Below, one piece after another: positions 1 through 8,911 of a stretch of DNA of 64,000 nt. This DNA comes from Gemmatimonadota bacterium. GTDB lineage: Bacteria > Gemmatimonadota > Gemmatimonadetes > Gemmatimonadales > GWC2-71-9. Location of the stretch: positions 212 to 64,211 of the forward strand of contig JBGQKD010000018.1 in NCBI GenBank assembly GCA_041499375.1, read 5' to 3'. Position 1 is the first letter of the stretch; each line of letters opens with the position of its first letter. Both the position numbers and the translations under genes were made by a program. The notes beneath the pieces were generated by a model. The model was not told the origin of the DNA, ran no database searches, and saw only the letters and a list, made by a program, of their open reading frames with translations.

Positions 1-1
1 G

Positions 2-787
2 CGCGATCTGCGGTGTCGGGGGCATTCGGTAACCGTATTCGAAGCCAAGCCGCTGCCGGGCGGCCTCAACACGTACGGCATCGCGGAATACAAGCTCAAG
101 GCCGACGTCGACCTCGCCGAGGTACAGGACATTCTCGACCTCGGTGTGGAGCTGAGGACGGGGGTGACGGTCGATTCGATCGAGCCACTGCTCGAGGAGT
201 ATGACGCTGTTTTTGTCGGGGTTGGATTAGGAAGCACCAAGAGGCTCGGCATTCCCGGCGAGGATCTTCCCGGTGTCGTGGACGCCCTCACGTTCATCGA
301 ACACCTCAAGACCCATCCGTATCGTGAGACTCCGGTCGGCCGGCAGGTCGTCGTGATTGGCGCGGGCAATACCGCGATCGATGCGGTCACGCAGGCGAAG
401 CGGCTCGGCGCGGCGACCGCCACGATCGTGTACCGACGCAGCGAGAGCGACATGCCCTGTTATCACTACGAGTACGAGCTCGCCAAACGCGACGGTTGCG
501 GATTCCGGTTCAATGCTGCGCCGCAGCGCATCGTGGCGAACGGCAAGGGGGCCGTGGCCAGTGTCGAGGTCAAGACGCCGCAAGGCAGCGAGTCCGTCGC
601 TTGCGACATGGTGATCATCGCGATCGGTCAAGGCGAGCGCACCGACCTGGTCGTACCGCGCGATCACCACAAGGTCTTCAGCGGCGGTGATTGCGCGAAC
701 GGCGGCGCCGAGATCGTCAATGCGACGGCAGAAGGCGTTACGGCGGCGAAACGAATTCACGAGATGCTGGCTGGCATTGTTCGGTAA
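2..787 (+). CDS. preT: PreT-like NAD-dependent dihydropyrimidine dehydrogenase subunit (GltD-type flavoprotein), 5' end outside window
   Basis: Frame is open from nt 2. VVVIGAGNTAIDA dinucleotide-binding motif and GGDCANGG near the C-terminus. A PreA-type partner follows directly. Confidence 0.8.
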   Translation, partial: RDLRCRGHSVTVFEAKPLPGGLNTYGIAEYKLKADVDLAEVQDILDLGVELRTGVTVDSIEPLLEEYDAVFVGVGLGSTKRLGIPGEDLPGVVDALTFIEHLKTHPYRETPVGRQVVVIGAGNTAIDAVTQAKRLGAATATIVYRRSESDMPCYHYEYELAKRDGCGFRFNAAPQRIVANGKGAVASVEVKTPQGSESVACDMVIIAIGQGERTDLVVPRDHHKVFSGGDCANGGAEIVNATAEGVTAAKRIHEMLAGIVR

Positions 788-802
788 AGGACGGTAAAAG
801 TC

Positions 803-2116
803 ATGGCTGATCTACGGACCAACTTCGCGGGCATTGAAAGCCCCAATCCCTTCTGGCTCGCGTCCGGGCCTCCCACCAACACCTACGGCCAGGTCGCGAA
901 AGCATTCGACCAGGGCTGGGGCGGCGCGGTGTGGAAGACGATCGGCGAGCCGATCATCAACGTCTTCTCGCGCTACGGCTCCGTCGACCTCGGCCAGAAC
1001 CGCATGATGGGCTTCAATAATATCGAGCTGATCAGCGACCGGCCGGTCGTCGAGAACCTCAAGGAAATCGCCGAGGTCAAGCGCAATTATCCGAAGCATG
1101 CCGTGATCGCATCGTTGATGGTCGAATCGAAGCGGGAATCGTGGCATGAGATGGTGAAGCAGACCGAGGACACGGGCGCCGACGGCATCGAGCTGAACTT
1201 CGGCTGCCCGCATGGGATGAGCGAGCGCGGCATGGGCAGCGCGGTCGGTCAGGTGCCCGATTACACCTGCCAGATCGTGGAATGGGTGAAGGAAGTCGCC
1301 ACGATTCCGGTCATCGTCAAACTCACGCCCAATGTCACCGACATCACGTATATCGCGCGGGCGGCGATCAAGGGCGGCGCCGACGCGCTATCGCTGATCA
1401 ACACGATCAATTCGATCGTCGGTGTGGACCTCACGACCTTCGAGCCGCAGCCCTCCGTGGCCGGGAAGTCGAGCCACGGCGGCTACTGTGGACCGGCGGT
1501 GAAGCCGATCGCACTGCATCTCGTCTCGGCGGTCGCCGGCGACCCGAGCGTGAAGATTCCAATCTCAGGCATCGGCGGTATCGCGTCCTGGCGGGACGCG
1601 GCGGAGTTCATCGCGCTCGGCGCCGGCACGCTGCAGGTCTGCACCGCCGTGATGCACTATGGGTTCCGGATTGTGGAGGACCTGATCGACGGGCTGTCGA
1701 ACTGGATGGACGAGCGCGGGCACCGCACGCTCGCGGACATCCGGGGCCGGGCGCTCCCCCGGGTCGCAAAGTGGGAAGACCTCGATCTGAATTACCACCT
1801 GCTCGCCCACATCGACCAGGACAAGTGCATTAAGTGCGAGCTGTGCTGGACGGCATGTGAGGACGGTGCCCACCAGGCGATCCGGCGTCTGCCGCGCAAC
1901 AACGGCGAGCCGGTCGTCGAGATCATCGAGGAAGCGTGCGTTGGCTGTAATCTCTGCGCGGCGGTGTGTCCGGTGCAGGACTGCATCACGATGCGACAGG
2001 TGTCGAATAACTACCCGGCCGTGAGTTGGAAGGAATACGCTGCGGGTAAGGGAAAGCTGGCGCCGAGGTCAGAACACTTTCATACCGCAAACTGGAGTCC
2101 CAGTACGGAGTCATAA
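803..2116 (+). CDS. preA: PreA-like dihydropyrimidine dehydrogenase subunit (DHODH-like barrel plus 2x[4Fe-4S] ferredoxin tail)
   Basis: 437 aa. NFGCPHG barrel motif. C-terminal CIKCELCWTAC and CVGCNLCAAVCP cluster motifs. Confidence 0.85.
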   Translation: MADLRTNFAGIESPNPFWLASGPPTNTYGQVAKAFDQGWGGAVWKTIGEPIINVFSRYGSVDLGQNRMMGFNNIELISDRPVVENLKEIAEVKRNYPKHAVIASLMVESKRESWHEMVKQTEDTGADGIELNFGCPHGMSERGMGSAVGQVPDYTCQIVEWVKEVATIPVIVKLTPNVTDITYIARAAIKGGADALSLINTINSIVGVDLTTFEPQPSVAGKSSHGGYCGPAVKPIALHLVSAVAGDPSVKIPISGIGGIASWRDAAEFIALGAGTLQVCTAVMHYGFRIVEDLIDGLSNWMDERGHRTLADIRGRALPRVAKWEDLDLNYHLLAHIDQDKCIKCELCWTACEDGAHQAIRRLPRNNGEPVVEIIEEACVGCNLCAAVCPVQDCITMRQVSNNYPAVSWKEYAAGKGKLAPRSEHFHTANWSPSTES

Positions 2117-2143
2117 GCCACACGAAAAGTTGACGCTGGTGGC

Positions 2144-4009
2144 TTAGAGGCGGCCCGGTGGCGCGACGGGGGGCACCGTCACCTGCTCGGGTTCAGGCGT
2201 AAAGTCTTCCCCCGGGTTGATAAATCTGTCTCTTTCAAAGTGATACTGCTTGTCGTACAATTGCTTGTATCGCCCATTGGCAACGATCAACTCTTCGTGC
2301 GTCCCCCGCTCCACAATCTGACCACCCTCCAGAACGAGAATCTGGTCAGCGCTTCGGATGGTAGAGAGCCGGTGCGCAATCACGAACGTCGTCCGCCCGC
2401 GGCGCAGCGCCCGGAGTCCGTCCTGAATCTTGGCTTCGCTTTCGGAGTCGAGGCTCGAGGTCGCCTCGTCCAGCACCAGGATCCGGGGATCGGCCAGAAT
2501 CGCGCGCGCGATCGAGATCCGCTGCCGCTGGCCGCCGGATAGCTTGACGCCCCGCTCGCCGACGACGGTATCGTATTTCTCGTCGAACTGCTCCACGAAC
2601 TCGTCGCAGTGCGCGATGCGGGCGACGGCCTCGATCTCCCGGCGCGTCGCGTGCGGGCGCGCGAACGCGATATTCTCGGCGATCGTGCCGTCGAACAAGA
2701 AGTTATCTTGTAGAACCACGCCCAGCTGCGTGCGGTAGTCGGCCAGCGGCACGGTCGCGAGATCGCGTCCATCCACCACCACCCTGCCCTTTTCTGGCCG
2801 GTTGAACGCCAACACCAGGCCGACCAGCGTGCTCTTGCCGGATCCCGACGACCCCACGAGGGCCGTGGTCGAGCCCGGTCGCGCGTGAAACGAGACGTCC
2901 TTGAGCACCGGGACGCCGGGCTTGTAGGCGAACGTCACATGCTCGAACGCGACGTCGCCGCGCACGGGGCCGAGCGGCGCGCGCTGCGCGTCTTCGGCGT
3001 CTTCCGTCGTCATCCGGCGCAGCTCGTAGATCCGGTCGAGCCCCGCGAACGCTTCGGTGATCTGCGTGCCGATGGACGCGATGTTGATCAGCGGCAGCGC
3101 GACGAGGCCCACGAAGAAGACGTACTGGACGAACTGCCCCAGCGTCATCGATCCCGAGAGCACTGCCCGGCCACCGACGAGAATCATGACGACCGAGATC
3201 GCGCCGATGACCAACTGTGCAAACGCGCCGACGCCCGAGACGCCGGTCATCGTCGTCGCCACGTTCCGGAACAACTTGTGGGCGCCGCGCGCGAAGACGA
3301 GCCGCTCGCCGCGTTCGGACCGATACGCCTTGACGATCCGAATGCCCCCGAGCGTCTCGGCGAGCCGGCCCGTCACGTCGGCGTTGAGCTTGCCGCGCTC
3401 GCGAAACAGGGGGCGCAATTTGGAGAACGCGTACGCCATGCCCCCGCCGAACAACGCGAGCACGAGAATGGAGACCGCCGTGAGTTTCCAGTTCAACCAG
3501 AAGAGCACGCCCAGCGCGATCGTCGCGGTGACCAGGCCCCCGACCAGCTGCACCAGGCCCGTGCCGACCAGGTTTCGAATGCCCTCGGCGTCCGTCATGA
3601 TCCGCGAGATCAGGATGCCGGTTTTGGTGGAATCGAAATACGAGATCGGCAAGCGCAACACAAATGCCTGTACGGATTTGCGCATGTCCGTGATGGCGCG
3701 TTGGGCGGCGACACCGAGGATCTGCGACAATCCGAACGAGGTCACGCTGGAGACGACGGCCGCGGCGCCGACCGCTGCGGCGATGATGCCGAGGAGGTCG
3801 GCGCGTTTCTGTCCGACGACCTGGTCGATGATGTAGCGGGACGACCATGGCAGGACGAGCCCCGCTAGCCGGCTGATCAGCATCAACGCGAGACCGAGGG
3901 CGAGCCGGCTGCGATGCTGCCAGACGAGGAGGCGCGCCTCGCGCCACGCGTTGGCGTAATTTGGTTTGGGTTTCTTGTCCGCCACGGCGAGAAGCTTACC
4001 CAATCCCAA
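2144..4009 (-). CDS. ABC exporter, fused permease/ATPase (MsbA/multidrug type)
   Basis: 621 aa. N-terminal TM domain, Walker A GSSGSGKST, signature LSGGQRQR, Walker B ILVLDEATS. Confidence 0.9.
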   Translation of the reverse strand: MGLGKLLAVADKKPKPNYANAWREARLLVWQHRSRLALGLALMLISRLAGLVLPWSSRYIIDQVVGQKRADLLGIIAAAVGAAAVVSSVTSFGLSQILGVAAQRAITDMRKSVQAFVLRLPISYFDSTKTGILISRIMTDAEGIRNLVGTGLVQLVGGLVTATIALGVLFWLNWKLTAVSILVLALFGGGMAYAFSKLRPLFRERGKLNADVTGRLAETLGGIRIVKAYRSERGERLVFARGAHKLFRNVATTMTGVSGVGAFAQLVIGAISVVMILVGGRAVLSGSMTLGQFVQYVFFVGLVALPLINIASIGTQITEAFAGLDRIYELRRMTTEDAEDAQRAPLGPVRGDVAFEHVTFAYKPGVPVLKDVSFHARPGSTTALVGSSGSGKSTLVGLVLAFNRPEKGRVVVDGRDLATVPLADYRTQLGVVLQDNFLFDGTIAENIAFARPHATRREIEAVARIAHCDEFVEQFDEKYDTVVGERGVKLSGGQRQRISIARAILADPRILVLDEATSSLDSESEAKIQDGLRALRRGRTTFVIAHRLSTIRSADQILVLEGGQIVERGTHEELIVANGRYKQLYDKQYHFERDRFINPGEDFTPEPEQVTVPPVAPPGRL

Positions 4010-4057
4010 TCCATCGCACCACCGCGGTACCCTCCGACCCGCCGCGGTGAGTCAAGG

Positions 4058-4199
4058 CTACGGGATGATGACGATCCTGCGGCCAGGCGCGTCCCGTCGT
4101 TGCCAGGCGCCTTCTACGTCGGCGAGCGGAACCGCTTCGGTGTCGATGCGCAGTTTGCCGGCCATGGCCAGCGCCCGAAGGTGTCTCTGCCCCTTCAAG
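4058..4199 (-). pseudogene. C-terminal remnant of a zinc-type/quinone oxidoreductase
   Basis: Minus-strand translation ...ALAMAGKLRIDTEAVPLADVEGAWQRRDAPGRRIVIIP* resembles only the last ~40 aa of MDR-family dehydrogenases. No upstream body is present. Confidence 0.4.
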
Positions 4200-4363
4200 C
4201 TCCTCTACCCGCGTGCGGAGCTGCTCTAGAACACGCCCCCGCCGATCCCGACCGGGATCATGACGGCCATCATTACGCGGAAGAGGTTGACGAAGCTATC
4301 CATTGGTTCCTTGCCGTCGGCTTCAATCGGTTGTTGGACCGTACGCGCGCGCAGATCGGCGTT

Positions 4364-4676
4364 TCAGGACCCGGGATCCCGGCGGCCTCGGCCGCGTGGC
4401 CGCTCATGCAGCGTCTCACCCGCCGCCAACATGCGGACGAACTTCTCCAGCCGACGCTGGCGCGTCTCCGGCTTCTTCGCGTCCTGGAGCCGGTAGAGGT
4501 CGGCATAGCGGTTCTTGCTATCGAGCGCTTGAAAGAACTGCTTCGCGCGCGGACGCGTAAGTAGGGCCGCCTCCAAGCCACACGCCCGCCGATCTCGTGT
4601 GGTGCTTCCGGAGCCACGTCTCCCACACGACAGGATTCGCGAACCGCTTGGTTGGAAGGGTCTCCGGCTGCGTCAT
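4364..4676 (-). pseudogene. YdeI/OmdA-family gene remnant (N- and C-terminal ends joined out of frame, middle missing)
   Basis: N-terminal part MTQPETLPTKRFANPVVWETWLRKHHTRSAGVWL starts at ATG 4676. C-terminal part RPRAKQFFQALDSKNRYADLYRLQDAKKPETRQRRLEKFVRMLAAGE lies in a different frame (ORF 4364..4576). Confidence 0.5.
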
Positions 4677-4817
4677 GTCAGAAAGGTACTATGGACGGGT
4701 CCCAGGTTCGCATCGAACAACGTGAAAGGTGAAAAGCGGACGTTTCGTCGGTTGGAAACAATACTCGACCGATGACACGTTCCCCACTACATCGTCTCTG
4801 CGTGCATCCGGAAACGG

Positions 4818-5750
4818 ATGTCGCACCCTGCGAGGTCATCACGGTATGAGGAAGGTAGACGTGAAGGCTCTGTGGTAGGATCCGGCGGGCCATATTTGCT
4901 CGCGACCCTGTCCGCGGTTTTCTATGGCGCGGCCGACTTCACCGGCGGGATTGTGACCCGACGTGTCGCCGCCATTCCGGTGGTCCTGCTGTCGCAGGCG
5001 AGCGGGTTGGTGCTGGTGGCTTTGATCTTGCCGCTGCTACCGGCGGCAGCGCCGCGGGCGGCGGATTGGTGGTGGGGCGCGGCCGCGGGCCTGGCCGGCG
5101 GCGTCGGTGTCGGCCTGCTCTATCATGCCCTCGCGATCGGCACTATGTCGGTCGTCGCCCCGACCACTGCCCTGGCGGCTGTTGCTGTTCCCGTGATCAC
5201 CTCGATCGCGTTGGGAGAGCGACCTGGCGCGCTCGCCGAGGTCGGGATCCTGCTGGGCATCGCTTCGATCGCGCTGGTGAGCCGTCAGACGACAATGCCC
5301 GCGGAACCAGGCCAACGAATCGGCGCAACACTTCGATCGTCTGGCGTCGGCCCGGCGCTCGCCTCCGGTGTCGCGATCGGATTATTCTTGCTTGCCTTGG
5401 CGCAGACGCGCCCGACGAGCGGCCTCTGGCCGCTGCTCACGGCGCGTGTCGCATCCGTGACATTGTTTGCCGCCGTGGCCACGGTGGGACGCCGCTCGGT
5501 CCGGATGCCGGTGCGGCTCGCGGCGCTCGCCGTTGGCGGTGGCGCGCTCGACATGCTGGCCAACACGCTGTACCTGCTGGCGGCACAGCTCGGCCCGCTT
5601 AGCCCGGTGGTCACCCTATCCTCGTTATATCCTGCCAGCACCGTGCTGCTCGCCCGCACCGTTCTGGGCGAGCGCCTCAATGCATGGCAAACCGCGGGCG
5701 TCGCCAGCGCGCTCGTCGCGGTGGTTCTGATCGTCCGCGGCGCCAGCTAA
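4818..5750 (+). CDS. EamA/DMT-family transporter
   Basis: Polytopic hydrophobic protein with two EamA-like halves. The true start may be the in-frame GTG at 4869. Confidence 0.8.
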   Translation: MSHPARSSRYEEGRREGSVVGSGGPYLLATLSAVFYGAADFTGGIVTRRVAAIPVVLLSQASGLVLVALILPLLPAAAPRAADWWWGAAAGLAGGVGVGLLYHALAIGTMSVVAPTTALAAVAVPVITSIALGERPGALAEVGILLGIASIALVSRQTTMPAEPGQRIGATLRSSGVGPALASGVAIGLFLLALAQTRPTSGLWPLLTARVASVTLFAAVATVGRRSVRMPVRLAALAVGGGALDMLANTLYLLAAQLGPLSPVVTLSSLYPASTVLLARTVLGERLNAWQTAGVASALVAVVLIVRGAS

Positions 5751-5796
5751 CGGCATTCGTTCTGAGAGTGATCGCCCTGACTGCTTGCCGTGACGC

Positions 5797-6450
5797 TCAT
5801 CGCGGTCCTCTTTCGTTCGGCAGGCCGACCCGCCGGACCAGGAGTCCCGTCGTCGAGACGCGCACCTCGTACGTCGCGCCACCCGGTGCCGTTGCGCCGA
5901 TGAACGTCGCCGAGCCGTACTGCGCATCCACGAACGGCCGCAGGATCCAGTAGCGCCGCGCCAGATCGAAGGCATCGAACGGCTTGTTCGCGGCCAGCGA
6001 GTACACCGTGCGCTCCCGCGTCTGTTCGTCGCCGAGCGCCTGGTAGCGTCCCGAAATCCGGTCGAGCTCGTAGACCGTCTCGAGTCCGAGCAGGGTGCCG
6101 ATCGGCCGCCATTTCAAGACGTGCGCGTCGACGTACACGGCGTCGCCGGCAAGATCGAACATGTGCAGGCTGCTGTCGGGCAGGGTCACCGTCGCGCGGA
6201 AGTGGTGCGGCCCGATGGGCTCCGTCTTGATCGTCGCGGCCAGTGACTCCTGAGTGAATGCGCGATACCCATGGATCCCGACCGTAATCGCGCCGAGCAG
6301 CATGCTGGAGGTGAGCAATAACGCCGCGGCGAGAAAACCAACCAGGGAGCTCAGCCGGCGACGGTTCCGCCAAGCGGATGCCGAGAGGTAGATGAGCGCG
6401 GCGGCAAAGAGCGTAAGCGAGACCATGGCAATTCGCAGAATGCCAGTCAT
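5797..6450 (-). CDS. hypothetical membrane-anchored protein
   Basis: 217 aa. Two N-terminal TM segments then a soluble domain. I recognise no family. Confidence 0.55.
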   Translation of the reverse strand: MTGILRIAMVSLTLFAAALIYLSASAWRNRRRLSSLVGFLAAALLLTSSMLLGAITVGIHGYRAFTQESLAATIKTEPIGPHHFRATVTLPDSSLHMFDLAGDAVYVDAHVLKWRPIGTLLGLETVYELDRISGRYQALGDEQTRERTVYSLAANKPFDAFDLARRYWILRPFVDAQYGSATFIGATAPGGATYEVRVSTTGLLVRRVGLPNERGPR

Positions 6451-6534
6451 ACCCTACACGATAAGTGTGACCTGCCTCTGGCGCGAATTCGACCTCCTCA
6501 CCACCTTGTCGGCTCACCGAACCGAACAAGGCAC

Positions 6535-6810
6535 ATGAAGCGCTCCAGATGGATCACGATAGCGGTCGTCGCGGCGGTGATTGCGCTCTTCTTCTATATG
6601 ACCACGGCCCGGGCCAACCAGGAATGCACTGTCTGCGTGGAGTTTCAGGGACGCTCCAACTGCGCCACCGCGGCGGGAGCCACGGCCGCCGAGGCCACCG
6701 AAACGGCGCACAGCACCGCGTGTGGACCGGTGGCGAGTGGAATGAACGAGACCATCGCCTGCGGCAATCGCGCGCCGGTGTCAGTGCAATGCAGGAATCG
6801 CAGGAGTTAA
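6535..6810 (+). CDS. small N-terminally anchored Cys-rich protein
   Basis: 91 aa. TM helix ITIAVVAAVIALFFY followed by 6 Cys (CTVC...C...C...C...C). First gene of the PilT-like operon. Confidence 0.5.
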   Translation: MKRSRWITIAVVAAVIALFFYMTTARANQECTVCVEFQGRSNCATAAGATAAEATETAHSTACGPVASGMNETIACGNRAPVSVQCRNRRS

Positions 6811-6811
6811 G

Positions 6812-7282
6812 GTGACGGGATTCTCGATCCCGAGGGTCGCGATTCCCGCCACGTTACTACAGACCGCCGGTGGAAACCGTGAGGGCGAGATCTACGTGAT
6901 GGAGCGCGTCCCGCAGCATGCAGGCCCTGAAACGCCCCTCGACATGCTGAATCGCGCGGAGGGATTCTTTCCCTTCCGGCCCAAGGGTAACGGAGCCGGC
7001 GTGCTGCTGGTGGCCAAGGCGCGTACCGTGTCCCTCACGGTGCTCGTGGCCCAGCCCGAGGACAAAGCCAGACTCTCGGCCGCCAGGCAGGCTCGCCTCG
7101 AGGTGACGCTGGCAGATGGCACGCAGCTCCGCGGCTGGGCGAGGCTCGAGCTGCCACAGCACCACTCGCGCGTGCTCGACTATCTCAATGCCGCGGTCGA
7201 ACCGTTCTTCGCGATCGGGACCGACGATGGGGTGCACCTCGTGAACCGCGCGCACGTCCTGTACGCGCGCCCGGAGGACTGA
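6812..7282 (+). CDS. hypothetical protein coupled to the PilT-like ATPase
   Basis: GTG start 5 nt after AGGAG. Stop lies 3 nt before the PilT-like ATG. No recognisable motif. Confidence 0.55.
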   Translation: MTGFSIPRVAIPATLLQTAGGNREGEIYVMERVPQHAGPETPLDMLNRAEGFFPFRPKGNGAGVLLVAKARTVSLTVLVAQPEDKARLSAARQARLEVTLADGTQLRGWARLELPQHHSRVLDYLNAAVEPFFAIGTDDGVHLVNRAHVLYARPED

Positions 7283-7285
7283 TTC

Positions 7286-8911
7286 ATGCCGGCACGGCTC
7301 GATCCGTTTCTCGACGTGATGCTGCGCGAGCGCGCCGACCAACTGTACTTGCTGCCGGATGAGCCGGTTACGCTGGTGAAAGACGGCAAGCCGCGCAAAG
7401 TCTCAAAACAGCCGCTCACCGATCAGCACATCTACGCCCTGATGGTGGAAGTCGCCCCGCCGGAAGCGGCGGACAAGATCGACCAGCACTCGGAGACGGA
7501 GTTCGACTACGCGGGGGCGAACGGTCTGGTGCGCGTGCGCATCGTCCCGGAGGCCGGACGGCTCACCGCCGTGATTTCCGCGATTCGCCGGGCATCGCAG
7601 GAGGACGTTGCAGCACCGGTCGCCCAGTCACCATCAGCTGAGTCGACCGCCAAGCGCTCGGCCGCACAGCCGCTGGCCCCCAAGCCTCCGCAGCCCGCCG
7701 CGAAACCGGCTGCACCGGCAGCCCCACGGGCGTCCGCCATCGCCGCCGCGCCGATGGTCGACAGTCCGGTCGCTTCGCCGGGCGAGCTGCCGGGTGAGTT
7801 CGCGTCGTCGGAATTCCAAGCCGCCGAGCAAAAGCTCGGCAAGCTGCTCCGTGCGCTCGTGCAATCGAGCAGCTCGGACCTGCACCTGCGCGTCGGCGAG
7901 CCCCCGCTGTTCCGCACGCACGGCGAGATCAAGCGGCAGTCGGGCACCGGGCTGAGCGTAAACGACCTCGAGCTGCTCGTGCTCTCGATCATGCCGGAGC
8001 GCAACCGCGGCGAATGGAAGGAAACGGGCGACACCGACTTCGCCTATGAGATCGCCGGGCTGGCGCGCTTCCGCGTCAATGCGGCGCGCGATCGCAAGGG
8101 CCCGGTGGCCGTGTTCCGCGTGATCCCGGCCAAAGTCGTGAGCGTCGAGGAAATGGGGCTGTCCGATGAGGTGCAGAAGCTCTGCTACCTCAAGAAAGGG
8201 CTGGTGCTCGTCACTGGCCCCACCGGCTCCGGAAAGTCCACGACGCTGTGCGCGCTGATCGACCTCGTCAACCGGTCACGCAGCGATCACATCATCACGA
8301 TCGAAGACCCGATCGAGTTCGTGCACGAGAACAAGAAATGCCTGATCACGCAGCGCCAGGTCCACGTGCATACTGACAGCTTCAAGTCGGCGTTGCGCGC
8401 GGCGCTGCGCGAGGATCCCGACATCGTGCTGGTCGGTGAGATGCGCGACCTCGAGACGATCGCCATCGCGATCGAGACGGCGGAGACGGGACACCTCGTG
8501 TTCGGGACGCTGCACACGACGACGGCCTCGTCGACGGTCGACCGCATCATCGATCAGTTCCCGGCCGATCGCCAGGCGCAGATCCGGGTGATGTTGTCGG
8601 AATCGCTGAAAGGCGTGATCTCGCAAACGCTCTGCAAGAAGGTCGGAGGCGGCCGGGTCGCGGCCCGTGAGATCCTGCTCACGACGCCGGCCATCTCCAA
8701 CCTGATCCGCGAGGCCAAGGTGTTCCAGATCCCTTCGATCATTCAGACCAGCAAGAAACTGGGCATGCTGACGCTGAACGACGCGCTGCTCGAGCTCGTC
8801 GAGAAGAAGGTGATCGAGCCCGACGAAGCCTACATGCGTTCCGTCGAGAAAGCTGGACTGGTTGCCAGTCTCAAGGCCAAGGGCATCAAGGTCACACTCA
8901 CGACCGAATAG
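7286..8911 (+). CDS. PilT-family hexameric ATPase with an extra N-terminal domain copy and Ala/Pro-rich linker
   Basis: Walker A GPTGSGKST, Walker B DPDIVLVGEMRD, His box TGHLVFGTLHT. At 541 aa it is much longer than canonical PilT. Confidence 0.9.
   Translation: MPARLDPFLDVMLRERADQLYLLPDEPVTLVKDGKPRKVSKQPLTDQHIYALMVEVAPPEAADKIDQHSETEFDYAGANGLVRVRIVPEAGRLTAVISAIRRASQEDVAAPVAQSPSAESTAKRSAAQPLAPKPPQPAAKPAAPAAPRASAIAAAPMVDSPVASPGELPGEFASSEFQAAEQKLGKLLRALVQSSSSDLHLRVGEPPLFRTHGEIKRQSGTGLSVNDLELLVLSIMPERNRGEWKETGDTDFAYEIAGLARFRVNAARDRKGPVAVFRVIPAKVVSVEEMGLSDEVQKLCYLKKGLVLVTGPTGSGKSTTLCALIDLVNRSRSDHIITIEDPIEFVHENKKCLITQRQVHVHTDSFKSALRAALREDPDIVLVGEMRDLETIAIAIETAETGHLVFGTLHTTTASSTVDRIIDQFPADRQAQIRVMLSESLKGVISQTLCKKVGGGRVAAREILLTTPAISNLIREAKVFQIPSIIQTSKKLGMLTLNDALLELVEKKVIEPDEAYMRSVEKAGLVASLKAKGIKVTLTTE

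Noticed and set aside
2703-3947. Long antisense or alternate-frame ORFs. Examples: 2703..3947-, 2885..3868+, 11291..13126-, 14370..15662+, 14893..15807-, 36738..37913+, 42088..43530+, 42107..43249-, 45804..47318-, 47697..48743+, 55629..56684+, the upper part of 58637..60610-, 59347..60189+, 61237..63015+
   Set aside because: These are typical high-GC shadow ORFs. They are Arg/Ala/Gly/Pro-rich low-complexity translations that fully overlap genes with clear family motifs in another frame.
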